DNA from: Felis catus
Lineage: Eukaryota
Assembly: GCF_018350175.1 (NCBI RefSeq)
Contig: NC_058375.1
Coordinates: 20,150,001 to 20,214,000 of the forward strand
Direction: 5' to 3'
DNA: 64,000 nucleotides
Under the pieces are notes generated by a model. It made no database searches, was not told the origin of the DNA, and worked only from the letters and a program-made list of their open reading frames with translations. Each line of letters begins with the position of its first letter. Position 1 is the stretch's first letter. A program made the position numbers and the translations under genes. Positions 11,021-22,365 of the stretch are shown here, piece after piece.

Positions 11021-11822
11021 CTGTGGGCAGAGAAGGTGAAGAGGGCTGGTGAGTACCCCGCTCCCAGGCAGCAATCCTGGCCCAAGCCCTGAGGTTGCGG
11101 GGTTGGCCTTTGAGGCCCCATTACTACCTCCCCCATTTATTTATTTATCATTTTATTTATCCGTCCATTTGTGGGACAGCCCAGAGTAATGGGTAAGAGC
11201 CAGGCTGCCTGGGTTTGAATCCCGCACTGTCACTTATCAGTGGCATGGCCTTGGAGAAATTGATCTCTGTGCCTCAGTTTCCTCGTCCGTAAAATGGAGA
11301 TAATAGTACCTATCTCCTAGGTATGTTATGAAGTTTAAATCAGCTAGTCTATGCAAAACCCTTATAATTGAGCCTGACATATGGCAGGCATAATATGAAT
11401 ATTCATTACTATCACCATAGTTACTATAATTTAGATATTCCACTAGGGCTTTTTGGGGAGGAATTCTCATCTCACATTTCCATTCTTCTCTATGGGGTCC
11501 TCCTGAACCCACAGAATTTTCTGTGACGGAGGCACAGCTGTGTCTGCCCATCTTCCCGCCCCCAACTCCCACCTTCCCTGAGGGTCAGGACACTTTCTGA
11601 GATAGAGTGGCCAGGGCTAGTCTTGGGAATGAATAAACCTAAGTTCCCATCCCTGCTTTGCCCCTACCTGGCTGTGTGGACCTTCAGCAAATCACTTAAC
11701 CTCTCTGAGCCTCTTTTGTGAGCTGGCTTTTTGGTGATAATGAGGACCCAAAGAGATAACGGACGTGAAGCCCTTAGCAGGTGCCTTCCCTGGCCGGGCC
11801 CCAGGAGTGTCTAGAAGCTCAC

Positions 11823-12363
11823 CAGGATTGAAGAGGATGGTCTCTTTCAGGTAGGCATATTCCTTGGGGCCCAGCTGCAGGCTCCAGAAGGACTCCAGGC
11901 AGCACTGAAGCCACTGTACCGCAGCCAGCGAGGGCTGGGGTCGATCTGGCAGCTGGCCGCTGCCTGAGCTGCTGCTGGGCTCCTCCAGCAAGATCTTCTT
12001 GAGTATGCTGGGAACTGGTGCCTCGGCCACCTCGAAAGTCACAGTGTCTTGGGCCAACCCCAGCAGGAAGAGGGGGCCCCAGCAGCCCCGCAGCAGCCGC
12101 TGCTGATCCTGGGGGGGCAGCTGGCAGAAGGACGGCAGGTTCCTGAGGAAGACCACTGTTCTGGCCAGAACATCCAAGGCTTCCCGGCAGGTGCGATGGG
12201 GAGCACACAGCCGGACAGGCCGGTGCTGCCTGCACAGGCAATGACTACGGGCTGGGGGCACAGAGGGCCTGGCCCTGAGGCTAGGGCTCAGAAGTGCGTA
12301 CAGAATGGCCGGGCGGCCTGCAGCACCCCGACACGAGCAGGTCCCTGGCTGGCTCGAACTCAT
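11823..12363 (-). CDS. NR0B2: NR0B2 (small heterodimer partner, SHP) coding exon 1
   Basis: ATG at 12363 (ACCATG). Translation [11 protein letters not shown]...ILYALL...ILKKILL...[14 protein letters not shown], with LxxLL-like NR boxes and no DNA-binding domain. Donor CTG|gtgagc at 11823. Total CDS 840 nt = 279 aa. Confidence 0.96.
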
Positions 12364-12425
12364 GGTTGGGGATCTGCTCCTCCTTCCTCCCAGCTCTCCC
12401 GCCCTCTGCTCTGCGCTGTGGGTGC

Positions 12426-12714
12426 TATTTATAACCCCAGTGGGAGGGAGGGGGGAACAGCCTGACAACCTTGACTCCAGAAGTCATGTTCATTGAAAAA
12501 AAAAGAAACACTGCACTGACCCTGCAGGATTGGCGGGGCAGTGGTGGGGGAGGGGGCTTTGGGAGCTCCACGTGGCCCTGATATCACTTTAGTCAATGAA
12601 GCAGCCTATGCAGGGTACAGGACTGCCTGCTCGCTGGCCCGACTGCCCCTTATCGGATGACTCAAGTGGATAAACAAGGTCATTAACCCAGGCTGTACCA
12701 GGGCACCAAGGCCT
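12426..12714 (-). promoter_or_regulatory. NR0B2 proximal promoter: TATA, LRH-1/NR5A sites, E-box, AP-1, FOXA and FXR IR-1
   Basis: TATAAATA 12426-12433; TCAAGGTTG 12466-12474; CACGTG 12569-12574; TGACTCA 12658-12664; TGTTTATCC 12668-12676; IR-1 GGGTTAaTGACCT 12677-12689; CCAAGGCCT 12706-12714. Matches the established FXR/LRH-1 control of SHP. Confidence 0.85.
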
Positions 12715-14029
12715 CAGGTGCACCATCAGCAGGTGGTCATGGCAGGTTTCCCTATTGGTGCCTGTAGGACTCTCACTAAGCTGGGAAGCCAACCCCAGAG
12801 CTGGACAAGCCTTGAATGCAAGGCCCAACCTGGAAGTGCCTTATCACTGACTTGTTTGCCTAACCTTGGGGCTTTGCTCCTGTTGTTGGTAAGGAACAGG
12901 CTGCAGGGAAGGGAGCCAGGACCCTGGGGGGCTGGGAGGACTTTGCCCACTGTGCACACTAGGAGGCCTCCCTCCTCCGACTCCAGTTCTGGGGGGGTGG
13001 GCCCTGCAGAAATAAGGTCCTGAAGAACTCTCTCTCCTCAGCCTGGATTCCTAAAGCTCCCGAAAGGCTGTGTCTGCTGAGAAGCCCTCCCGGAACGAGA
13101 TTGAAATATGGCTGCTACTTACTGAGCACCTCCTGTGGGCCAAGAACTTTCCAGTCTAATATTAGAGCTTGCCTATGAGGCAAGATTCTTACTTTTTGAA
13201 ACTCAAAGAGGTGAAGTGACTTGCCCAAAGTCACACCACCAAGAAGAGACAGAGCCCAGATCTGTCTGACTCCAAAGTCCTCGCTTGTTCCCCTGGATCC
13301 GCTGGCCCAGTTGTTCAGCCAGATCTGTGTAGCCTAAGTTTTCCAGAGCTGGTGGCTACCCGGGTCTCCACCTTGCGGCTACCTGGTCCACAGATATTGC
13401 CGATTTATGAACCGGGCAGAAACGCTGCTCTGCCGCCAGCCACGTGGCAACTCTGTCCCGGGCATCTGTCTCAGGACGGTGGGGCATGGGGTCGAGGAGA
13501 GGGTGGGAAGGTCCTCGGCTGTGTCGTGTTCATGGACCTTGGCAAGCCCAGCTTGGCAAGCCTTCTGCTATAGCACACGGTTGGGCAGCCATCACCATCC
13601 CTGGCACGTGCTCCTGGCTCTGTCATTTTCCAGTTGTGTGACCTTGGGCTGATCCCTTAATCTCTGTGGGCCTCAGGAGCTTCATCTGGGACAATAACAC
13701 AGTGAGGTCCTAGATGTGAAATTCTAAGCAGTTTCTGGCATTCGGTAGGAGGACTTTGCTCCTCCCTTTCCTCTGCCTAAGGAACCAAGCCCCAGCAGAC
13801 AAACAGGTGCACATCTTTCATTAGATTGTGAATAATCTTAATCCTTACATTTGTAAAGTTCCTTCCACAACCTTCCACAACTGAAACCTCTTCAGCATCC
13901 CCTCGAAGGAGACTGGAGTCAGACCCCTCAGGTTCAAATCCTGCCCCATCACTTAGCATCATTGGGCAAGTCACTTTACATTGCTGTGCCTCAGTTTCCT
14001 CATCTTTAAAAGGTACAAGAAAGGCCAAT

Positions 14030-17000
14030 AGTGCATATTGAGTTTATGGGCCCTGAAGCTTCTACAATTTGGAAGGTCCTCTTTAGGAATAGAAAATCAG
14101 GTATGAAAGCGAATATTTAAAGTGAGAAAACATGGGGGGGTCTGGCTGACTCAGTCAGTAGGTAGAGCACGTGACTTTTGATCTTGGGGTTTTAAGTTTG
14201 AGCCCCATGTTGGGTGTAGAGATTATTTAAAAATTAAAAAAAAATCTTTATTTTTTAAATGCTTATTTCTTTTTAGGAGAAAGAGTGTAAGTGAGGGAGG
14301 AGCGGGGGGAAGGGTTGGTCAGAGGATCCAAAGAGGGCTCTGCACTGACAGCAGTGAGCCTGATGCAGGGCTTGAACTCACGAACTGTGAGATCAGGACC
14401 TGACCAAAGTCAGATACTCAACCGACTGAGCCACCCAGGTGCCCCCCAAAATTAAAAAAATTTTTTTCTAATAAAATGAGAAAACTAATCGCTGCCAATT
14501 ACAAACTTAAAATAAGCTGACAGAAAAACATGAATGTCACAAACCCGGGAGAATAACACAATACTTTGATTAATTGCTTGACGATATTTGCCTACGTGTT
14601 TTAGCTGCACATTCTTTGCTTGCCTCTTCCCTTCCATTTCCCATCTAATCTCAGACCTCACTTAAGCTTCAGCAAATGCTCTAGAGGAAGTATTCCAGAG
14701 ACAGGGCTCCGTCCACAATCTCAACGCTGCATTTGTCATGTCTCTTTAGTCTCTGTCAGTCAGGAAAAGTCCCTCAGTCTTTCCTTGCCTTTCACGACCT
14801 TGACGCTTTTGAAGAGTTGTAGTTAGTTTGTAGCAAGGCTCTCAATTTTGGGTTTGTCTAAGGCTTCCTTGTGATTAGACTCAGATTATGTACCTTTAGC
14901 AGGAATATCACAGAAGTGAGGTGTTCTTGATTCATTCTATCAGATAGCACACATTTCCATCTGTCCTGTGGTTCTCGTTGGTCACCCGAGTAAGGTGATG
15001 TCTGCCAGGCCTCTCCACTATACTTACTCTCTTCCCCTTTGTAATGAATCTGTAGTTTGCGAGGAGGTATTTTGAAAATGTAGATACATACCTTCTCATA
15101 GTTTGAATGTATGTATGTGTGTATTTATTTATGAACTCATGTTCTCCTATTTTGTTTAGTGGCTTGTAATCTGTTACTATCGTTATTTATTTGAATGCTC
15201 AGATTGTCACAGATTTGGCCCACGGGAGCTCTTTCAAGCTGGAGTCTGTCCTTTTGTCAAGCCCCATCATTCTCTGAACATCCTTTGTTTTCCGGTCTAA
15301 GCAGATACCTCTTTTCAAGCCCCTGCAATCAACCAGTACTCCAAGAAGCTCTGGTTCAATCTTTTAGTGGAGAGTAGTATTTAAAAACCATGATCTGGGT
15401 ACTGGGAGGGTAATTAGAAACCTGGACTTACGGGGCGCCTGGGTGGCGCAGTCAGTTAAGCGTCCGACTTCAGCCAGGTCACGATCTCGCAGTCCGTGAG
15501 TTCGAGCCCCGCGTCAGGCTCTGGGCTGATGGCTCGGAGCCTGGAGCCTGTTTCAGATTCTGTGTCTCCCTCTCCCTCTGCCCCTCCCCCGTTCATGCTC
15601 TGTCTCTCTCTGTCCCAAAAATAAATAAAAAACGTTGAAGGAAAAAAAAAAAAAGAAACCTGGACTTGCTCACTGTTATGAGGGTGTCACTGCTCCCAGG
15701 CCCTTCCAGAATTAAGGAGAGTACACCCCCCCCCACACTTACAGTTATATTTATTTCTATAACTATTTATACATACTATAAAACATGGGTTCAGACTATT
15801 ACCTGCAATTCGAATCTACTATAACAGGGTTCATTCTCATTCTCCCCTTTTTATATTTATAACTCCCTTCTCCAACACCGAGAAATCTGGCTTTCATCAT
15901 TCTGAATTTATTCACTTATTGGATCTATTTATAATCAGTCTCCCATATTTACCACCACCCGATTCCCTATGAAATGCCCTCCATACCCCACTGGGGCTCT
16001 GATAGCTTGTGTCTGGCTGCCCCCTCCCACTCAGGGACACTTTCTTCACCTTGCTGGACCCCATGCCATATGGCCACCTTCCTCACCCTGCTGGGGCTCT
16101 GACTTTTGCTCTGGGCCACTGTGGCTCCCTCCCCCTTATTTCTTCAGGGGCACCTGGGTAGCTTATTTGGTTGAACGTCAGACTTCGGCTCAGTTCATGA
16201 TCTCACTCGTGAGTTCTAGCCCCACATGGGGCTCTCTGCTGTCAGCACAGAGCCCGTTTTGGATCCTCTGTCTGCCTCTCTCTCTGCCCCTCCTCTGCTC
16301 ATGCTCTCTCTCTCAAAAATAAATATTTTAAAAAATTAAAAAATTTTTAAAATAAATTCCTTCAGTGAAAATGGATCGGTGATTCTGTCTTTCCTCTGGA
16401 ATGGTTGATCAAAAACAGGTTTTATTCTTTTTTTTTTCTTTTTTAGGAATAAAAACATGTCTTATTCTTGATAGCCAGGATACTTCACACAGATGTTTCT
16501 GATACTTGTAATCGTGCTTATAGGTTTGTAGTAGGAATTTTGATAAATTCTACTTTGCGTAATTACTATCAAAAAAGAAATATATGCGTGGAGTACTTAT
16601 TTAAAAAATTTTTTTTCAACGTTTTATTTTATTTTTGGGACAGCGAGAGACAGAGCATGAACGGGGGAGGGGCAGAGAGAGAGGGAGACACAGAATCGGA
16701 AACAGGCTCCAGGCTCTGAGCCATCAGCCCAGAGCCTGACGCGGGGCTCGAACTCACGGACCGCGAGATCGTGACCTGGCTGAAGTCGGACGCTTAACCG
16801 ACTGCGCCACCCAGGCGCCCCTAAAAATTTTTTTTAACGTTTATTTATTTATTTTTTTGAGAGAGAGACAGAACACAAGCAGGGGAGGGGCAGAGGTAGA
16901 GGGAGACGCAGAATCCAAAGCAGGCTCCGGGCTCTGAGCTGTTAGCACAGAGCCTGACGCGGGGCTCGAACTCACGGACTGTGAGATCACGACCTGAGCC

Positions 17001-17770
17001 GAAGTCAGACGCTCAACCGACTAAGCCACCCAGGCGCCCCTATGCACGGAGTATTTATAATTGTATACGCTGCATATTCTTTATAGGAGAGAACTTCCTT
17101 TTTGAGTTGGCATCACTATGAAGTGACAGACAATTTAATGATGATTGAAAGAATTTTGTACAGATTTGCTTCTTCTCTTTACATGTCCTTTTTCCTCCAC
17201 CACCCAGGTTCTTCCCAGGTGTCTTGGGAATCACTCATAGTGGGAAGTGGGATAGAGTGGGCAAAAAACAGTGCAAACAGTGGTCTTGAGCAATTATAAT
17301 TTAAACTTTTTATTTTTGCAAAATAAAAAGAATATATATATTAAAGCTTTAATTTATTTTGAGAGAGAGTGCACAGGGGAGGGGCAGAGAGAGAGGGAGA
17401 CAGAATCCCAAGCAGGTTCCATACTGTTAGCTCAGAGTCCAATGCGGGGCTCAAACTTGAACTCATGAACTATGAGTATTTATATCTATCTATAAAATAT
17501 CTATATCTATAAAATATATCTATAAAATATCTATAACTATAAAATATCTATAACTGTAAAATATCTATAAAACATCTATATCTATATATCTATATCTAAT
17601 CTAATCTATATCTATATCTATATCTATATCTATATCTATATCTATATCTATATCTATATCTATATAAAGAAGACCTTGCCCAGCCTCTTCCCAAGGCATT
17701 GGATGTGCAAGTGAAGGGCGCTGAGGTTCAAGTTTCATTAGATTCACAGAAAATCTGCCTCTAATAATGC
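14030..17770. mobile_element. Nested repeat stack: hAT (MER45-like) relic interrupted by an old minus-strand L1 fragment and several Can-SINEs
   Basis: SINEs at about 14135-14243 (+), 14248-14447 (-), 15432-15653 (+, TSD agaaacctggactt), 16147-16356 (+), 16602-16821 and 16822-17040 (-), 17345-17475 (-). L1-like text at about 14660-15410. MER45-like ends from recalled consensus. Confidence 0.6.
17480..17665. repeat. (TATCTA)n / AT-rich simple repeat
   Basis: Directly visible tandem tatatc and tataaaatatc units. Confidence 0.9.
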
Positions 17771-17971
17771 CTTTCCTAGGTGTTTTTCAGGACACAAAGA
17801 GCCTGGCACACAGCAAGTGCTCAGTAAAGGAAGGGCAGTGGTCATTATTATTGTTCTTGCTTTCACCCTCATTTTCTAAAGGAGGCAGTGGAGGAGGAGG
17901 AGAAGGAGACCCCTCTGTGGGGGGGTGGTCATGTAAAGCTGGACTCCAAGGTTTTAGAGCTTGGGTTTTTT

Positions 17972-18781
17972 GGGGCGCCTGGGTGGCTCAGTGGGTTAAG
18001 CGACCGACTTGGGCTCAGGTCATGATCTCACGGTTTGTGGGTTTGAGCCCCGCATAGGGCTCTGCGCTGACAGCTCAGTGCCTGNNNNNNNNNNNNNNNN
18101 NNNNNNNNNNNNNNNNNNNNNNNNNNNNNNNNNNNNNNNNNNNNNNNNNNNNNNNNNNNNNNNNNNNNNNNNNNNNNNNNNNNNNNNNNNNNNNNNNNNN
18201 NNNNNNNNNNNNNNNNNNNCATCTTGGATTTTTTTTTGTTAAGATTTTATTTTTAGGCAATCTCTACCCAATTTGGGGCTGGGACATACAACCCTGAGAT
18301 CAAGAGTCATATGCTCTTCTGACTGTGCCAGCGGGTGCTCCAAGTCTTGTATTTTTTTTTTTTTCCTCACCGTGGAGAGCTGTGTTTTCTGAGACCTGTG
18401 TATGGCCTGAAGGCCGGGTGGGGGCGGGGGGTGGGGGGAGTGTTTCCAGAAGGAAGAGGGAGCAAACTGTCAGATGCAGCTGGGAAGTTGAGGAAGATAA
18501 TATTGGTCCATGGGCTTTGGCAACACAAGGTCATTGTACCCTTGGTTAGAGTCTTTTAAGAAAAGACTAATTAGGGAGTGCCTGGGTGGCTCAGTCGGGT
18601 TAAGCGACCGACAGCGGCTCAGGTCATGATCTTGCAGTTCTTGGGTTCAAGCCCTGCGTCCGGCATTGCTTGGAGCCTGCTTCAGATTCTGTGTCTCCCT
18701 CTCTTTCTGCCCCTCCCCTGCTTGTGCTCTGTCTGTCTCTCTCTCTCTCTCAAAAATAAATGTTAAAAAAAGAAAAAAAAA
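17972..18781. mobile_element. Cluster of three Can-SINEs (17972-18084 + then gap, 18228-18342 -, 18574-18781 +)
   Basis: SINEC heads, bodies and tails; one is interrupted by an N gap. Confidence 0.8.
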
Positions 18782-19110
18782 CTATTTACAATAAATTGAG
18801 GAAAGATAGAAGGTAACAAAGTGGAGAGACAAGTATAGCAATCTTTTCAAGTTTTGCTGTGAGAACCGAAAATTGCAGTGGTAGGATAAGAAAATGGGAG
18901 TCACGGAATGGTAAAAAATAAGTGACATTAGAGCATGTTTGTAAATTGGAGGGAATGATCCAGAAGAAAAACATTTGTGATGCAGGAGATTTAAAAAAAG
19001 GACAATAACAAGGGTAGAATCCATGAGAAGACTAAGATGATGAATTTCACCGCAAAAGTGGAGCGGTTTTCCTTAGATGGCTGGGACGTGTCCCCCACTG
19101 AAGGTTGAAT

Positions 19111-19279
19111 ACAGCAACCGTTCCATAATTTGTGGGGCCCGGTGCAAAACGTGTTGTCCCTTGTTCAAAAATTAAGAATTTCAAGAATGCATCAGAAGAG
19201 CATTAAACCAAGCACGGAGCCCTTCCCAGGACGAGGCTCGAGCCACTGTACAGTTTGTCATCCCAAGAAACTGGTCCTG
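19111..19279. mobile_element. MER45A-like hAT DNA transposon relic
   Basis: taatttgtggggcccggtgcaaaa...cccttgttcaaaa...aagaatttcaag...gcattaaaccaagc resembles the recalled MER45A consensus. Confidence 0.55.
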
Positions 19280-19473
19280 GCAAGTGTGTGATGATGACAG
19301 AGGTAGGCTGTCCTTTGGGCTAGGGCCTCCGCTGCCTCATGGAAGGACTGGAAGAGAGGACTTAGGACACTCTCAGTTCCACTTTTCTACAAGCTGGGAA
19401 GTCACTCTCAGGGGTGAAGCTCAGAGTTTGTCCCTTTTTAACTTCCAACCCGGCCAGATTTTAGTTCAGGGTT

Positions 19474-20260
19474 TTCTGGAAGGCTCCAAAGCATCTGGTG
19501 ACCATAGCAACTCACGCCAAACTCCGGGACCCTTGCTCCGCCCACCGCTTCCTGGACGCGCTCGACGATTGGCTCAGCATGTCGACCAATGGTCGGTGAA
19601 GCGGGCTGTTTGCCGCGCGGTCAGTGGTCGCGGGCCCGGAGGGAGGCGGGAAGACAGGGCGGGAAGGCGGGCCTGGGCGGTGCGGCGCGTGCGTGTTTCC
19701 GGCTCCGCTGCGGAAGGCGGACGACTGGAGCCGTTGGGCCGGACGCGACCCGAAAGAGCAGGGAGAACGCGGGACGCGAGTGCGGAGCTGGGAACTCGGA
19801 GCGTGGCTAGAGGCAGGCGCGATGGGCGGAGAACAGGAGGAGGAGCGGTTCGACGGCATGTTGCTGGCCATGGCGCAGCAGCACGAGGGCGGCGTGCAGG
19901 AGGTAACGGCCCGCGCGGCGTCGGCCTGGCCTGGTCCTGAGGCGCTCGCCAACCCGCGCGGTCCTAGCCACGCTTACTCCACTTCTCTGTTTTCCGGGGT
20001 CGAGATTCACCCTTGGGCCTCGCGGGTTCCTGGGATTCCTCCTACGTCCTCACTGCGACCCAGCTTCCGGTCTGGCCTCCCCGTGGCACTTAGGGCCCCA
20101 TTCGTTTTTGTCCCGGGCTCCCGGCCCCGCTTGGTATCTAGCAACTCCGTGTCTTAGCAACTCCGGCGTCTCCGAACGCGGTTCTGGAAAACCCGCTGCC
20201 CTCTCCCTTAACCCGTCCCCCAGTCTCATACATGCTTCCGGCCTCGTTTTCCGTCTGATG
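19474..20260 (+). promoter_or_regulatory. NUDC CpG-island promoter with RFX X-box, paired CCAAT boxes, ETS motifs and an HSE-like element
   Basis: TTCtgGAAggCTC 19474-19486; GTGACCATAGCAAC 19498-19511; ATTGG 19568-19572 and CCAAT 19586-19590; high CpG density across exon 1. Confidence 0.75.
19822..19902 (+). CDS. NUDC: NUDC exon 1 (nuclear distribution C, dynein regulator / Hsp90 co-chaperone)
   Basis: MGGEQEEERFDGMLLAMAQQHEGGVQE, donor GAG|gtaacg; 81 nt. Confidence 0.97.
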
Positions 20261-21407
20261 GCCTCCCCCGAAGAGCATTTCTTAGGATGAAGCATCCTAT
20301 ACGTTGGGATTTGCATCTACCAAGACCTGGACCGAGCTGGCGAATGTGTGTGTGTGTGGGGGGGGGGGGGGGTGGAGGTGGGGCGGGGTGATGTTAGCAC
20401 GTGGTCCCTTTAGGCCGTGAATGGGGAGTAGGAGGCCTGGGTTCACAATTTTTTCCAGCACCTACCTACAAGGGACCTTTCCACGTCTCCAAGCCTCAGT
20501 TCCTTTGTCTTTGAGATAGAGCTACAAGTCCTTTAATTTCCGAATCTTTGTTGGACAGGAAAAGTCTCGAAGGACAGTAAGGAATTCTCAGTAGTCAGGT
20601 TTGTTCATTCAGATACTTCTCGAGTGATTGATGTGTGCCAGACACTCACCAGACTGGGTCCTGGGCATACAGATGTGAGCAGAAATCTGTCCTGGCCCTG
20701 ATGGAGCTTAAAACTTTTCAAAAGCATAATTCATACATAGTGACTGCATGATAACACATAGCATATGAACGATAAGAACCAACTGTTACAGATTCTGGAG
20801 TTGGTGTTTTGGGCCCAAAACGTGGAAAGTTAGAAATAGAAAAGCCTATCAAGATTGGTTCCAGAACTCTCATTCTGTAAAGAAACCAAAGGAACTTGCC
20901 TAAAATCATCCAACAGGTTCCTGACCAGACAGGACCAGACTCCTTGGGCCATTGTGCTTTCCACAGTCCATTGCCGATTCTTTGTCTCACTGGGAACAAG
21001 TTTTCTTTGAGCTTTCTATTCCCATTCTTTTACCCAGGTGCCTGTGGAGACCAAGGACTCCTAAGCCTTTTGAGGTGGGAAGAGAGTTACTAATTTGCAG
21101 GTGTGAAAGATTCCCTTCCTCATCCTCCTGAATTGTTGACATTAGATTTGGGAACAAGTTCATTTTTGAGTGAATCAAAAAAGTGTCTAGAAGTAGAAAT
21201 TGAAACCATGAAGATATGAGTGGTTCTAAATCTGATGCTAGAACTTTTGGGCAGATAAAAGCGCTAAGGTGCTAATTCTTGGTCACCGTTAGATCATTTC
21301 ATTCAGGAAAAGTTTTACTGAGCATATACGCTGAGCCTGGTGCCAAGCTTTGGGGATGTAGACAGAATAAGCCATGGTTCACTCTGGCAGGAGGTCTCTT
21401 GCTCTGC

Positions 21408-21618
21408 AGGCTCTGTGCTGACAGCTCAGAGCCTGGAGCCTGCTTCGGATTCTGTGTCTCCTCCTCTCTCTGCCCCTCCNNNNNNNNNNNNNNNNNNNNN
21501 NNNNNNNNNNNNNNNNNNNNNNNNNNNNNNNNNNNNNNNNNNNNNNNNNNNNNNNNNNNNNNNNNNNNNNNNNNNNNNNNNNNNNNNNNNNNNNNNNNNN
21601 NNNNNNNNNNNAAAAAAA
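21408..21618 (+). mobile_element. Partial Can-SINE in NUDC intron 1 (spans an N gap)
   Basis: ggctctgtgctgacagctcagagcctggagcctgcttcggattctgtgtctcc, then gap, then A tail. Confidence 0.75.
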
Positions 21619-22287
21619 GCTATGGCTTAATATAGGAGGTCTCTTGCTCTGGCTCAGGCGCTCCTAAGGGCCCTCACCTCCATTATCTCATTTGATCCTC
21701 ACAGGGTCCCTAGAAATAGGTCCTGCTGCTGTTTCTGTTTTAGAGTTGAGAAACTTCCCCAAGATGACAGAGCTAATATGTATCAGTCTGCTCTTCAAAC
21801 TTGTATTCTTAACCATTTGGATGCTCTGGTGTACCAGTCAGAGTTAGTTGGTTTTAAACTTCTCTGAAGTGGCTTCACATACTCCCCTCCTTCCGTCTCT
21901 GCCCTAGTAACTCAGCCAGTGCCAGTCTGGATGGACTTTTACTGTCTGGAGAGGAAAGCTGGGCCTAGATGTTTCAAGCCCTGGATTGAGAGGAGTGTTC
22001 TATATCCTTAGGCTCCTTCTAGACCCACAAGGAATATGAAACCCATGTACCCATAGACAGGAGAAATGAGAAATCTACCTTTCAGGCAATCTAAATAAGG
22101 TTAAGTTAGGCTTCCTCGTGGAAGTGACTAAGGTAGGACCTGTTAGGGAGGCTGTCTCCTCTGATGAGAGGCTTGGGGGAAAACAGTCAAGTCCCAAGAT
22201 CCCTCCTGGACAAGAAACCGATTTCTGTGCAGTCAAGGGGCTCCCGTTGTGGCATCTCCACAGCTGCAGTCTCCTTCTGTCTTTCAG

Positions 22288-22365
22288 CTTGTGAATACTT
22301 TCTTCAGCTTCCTTCGACGCAAAACAGACTTTTTCGTTGGAGGAGAAGAGGGGATGGCAGAGAAG
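22288..22365 (+). CDS. NUDC: NUDC exon 2
   Basis: tttcag|[26 protein letters not shown]|gtgagt; 78 nt. Confidence 0.97.

Noticed and set aside
12364-12468. 35-aa N-terminal extension of NR0B2 in the ORF track (MSGCSPLPP...)
   Set aside because: It starts at a non-ATG codon upstream of the TATA box (12426-12433), so it is not in the mRNA; the true ATG is at 12363.
19284-20157. Long ORFs across the NUDC promoter (218, 177 and 146 aa)
   Set aside because: Stop-poor CpG island; only 19822-19902 is supported as coding.
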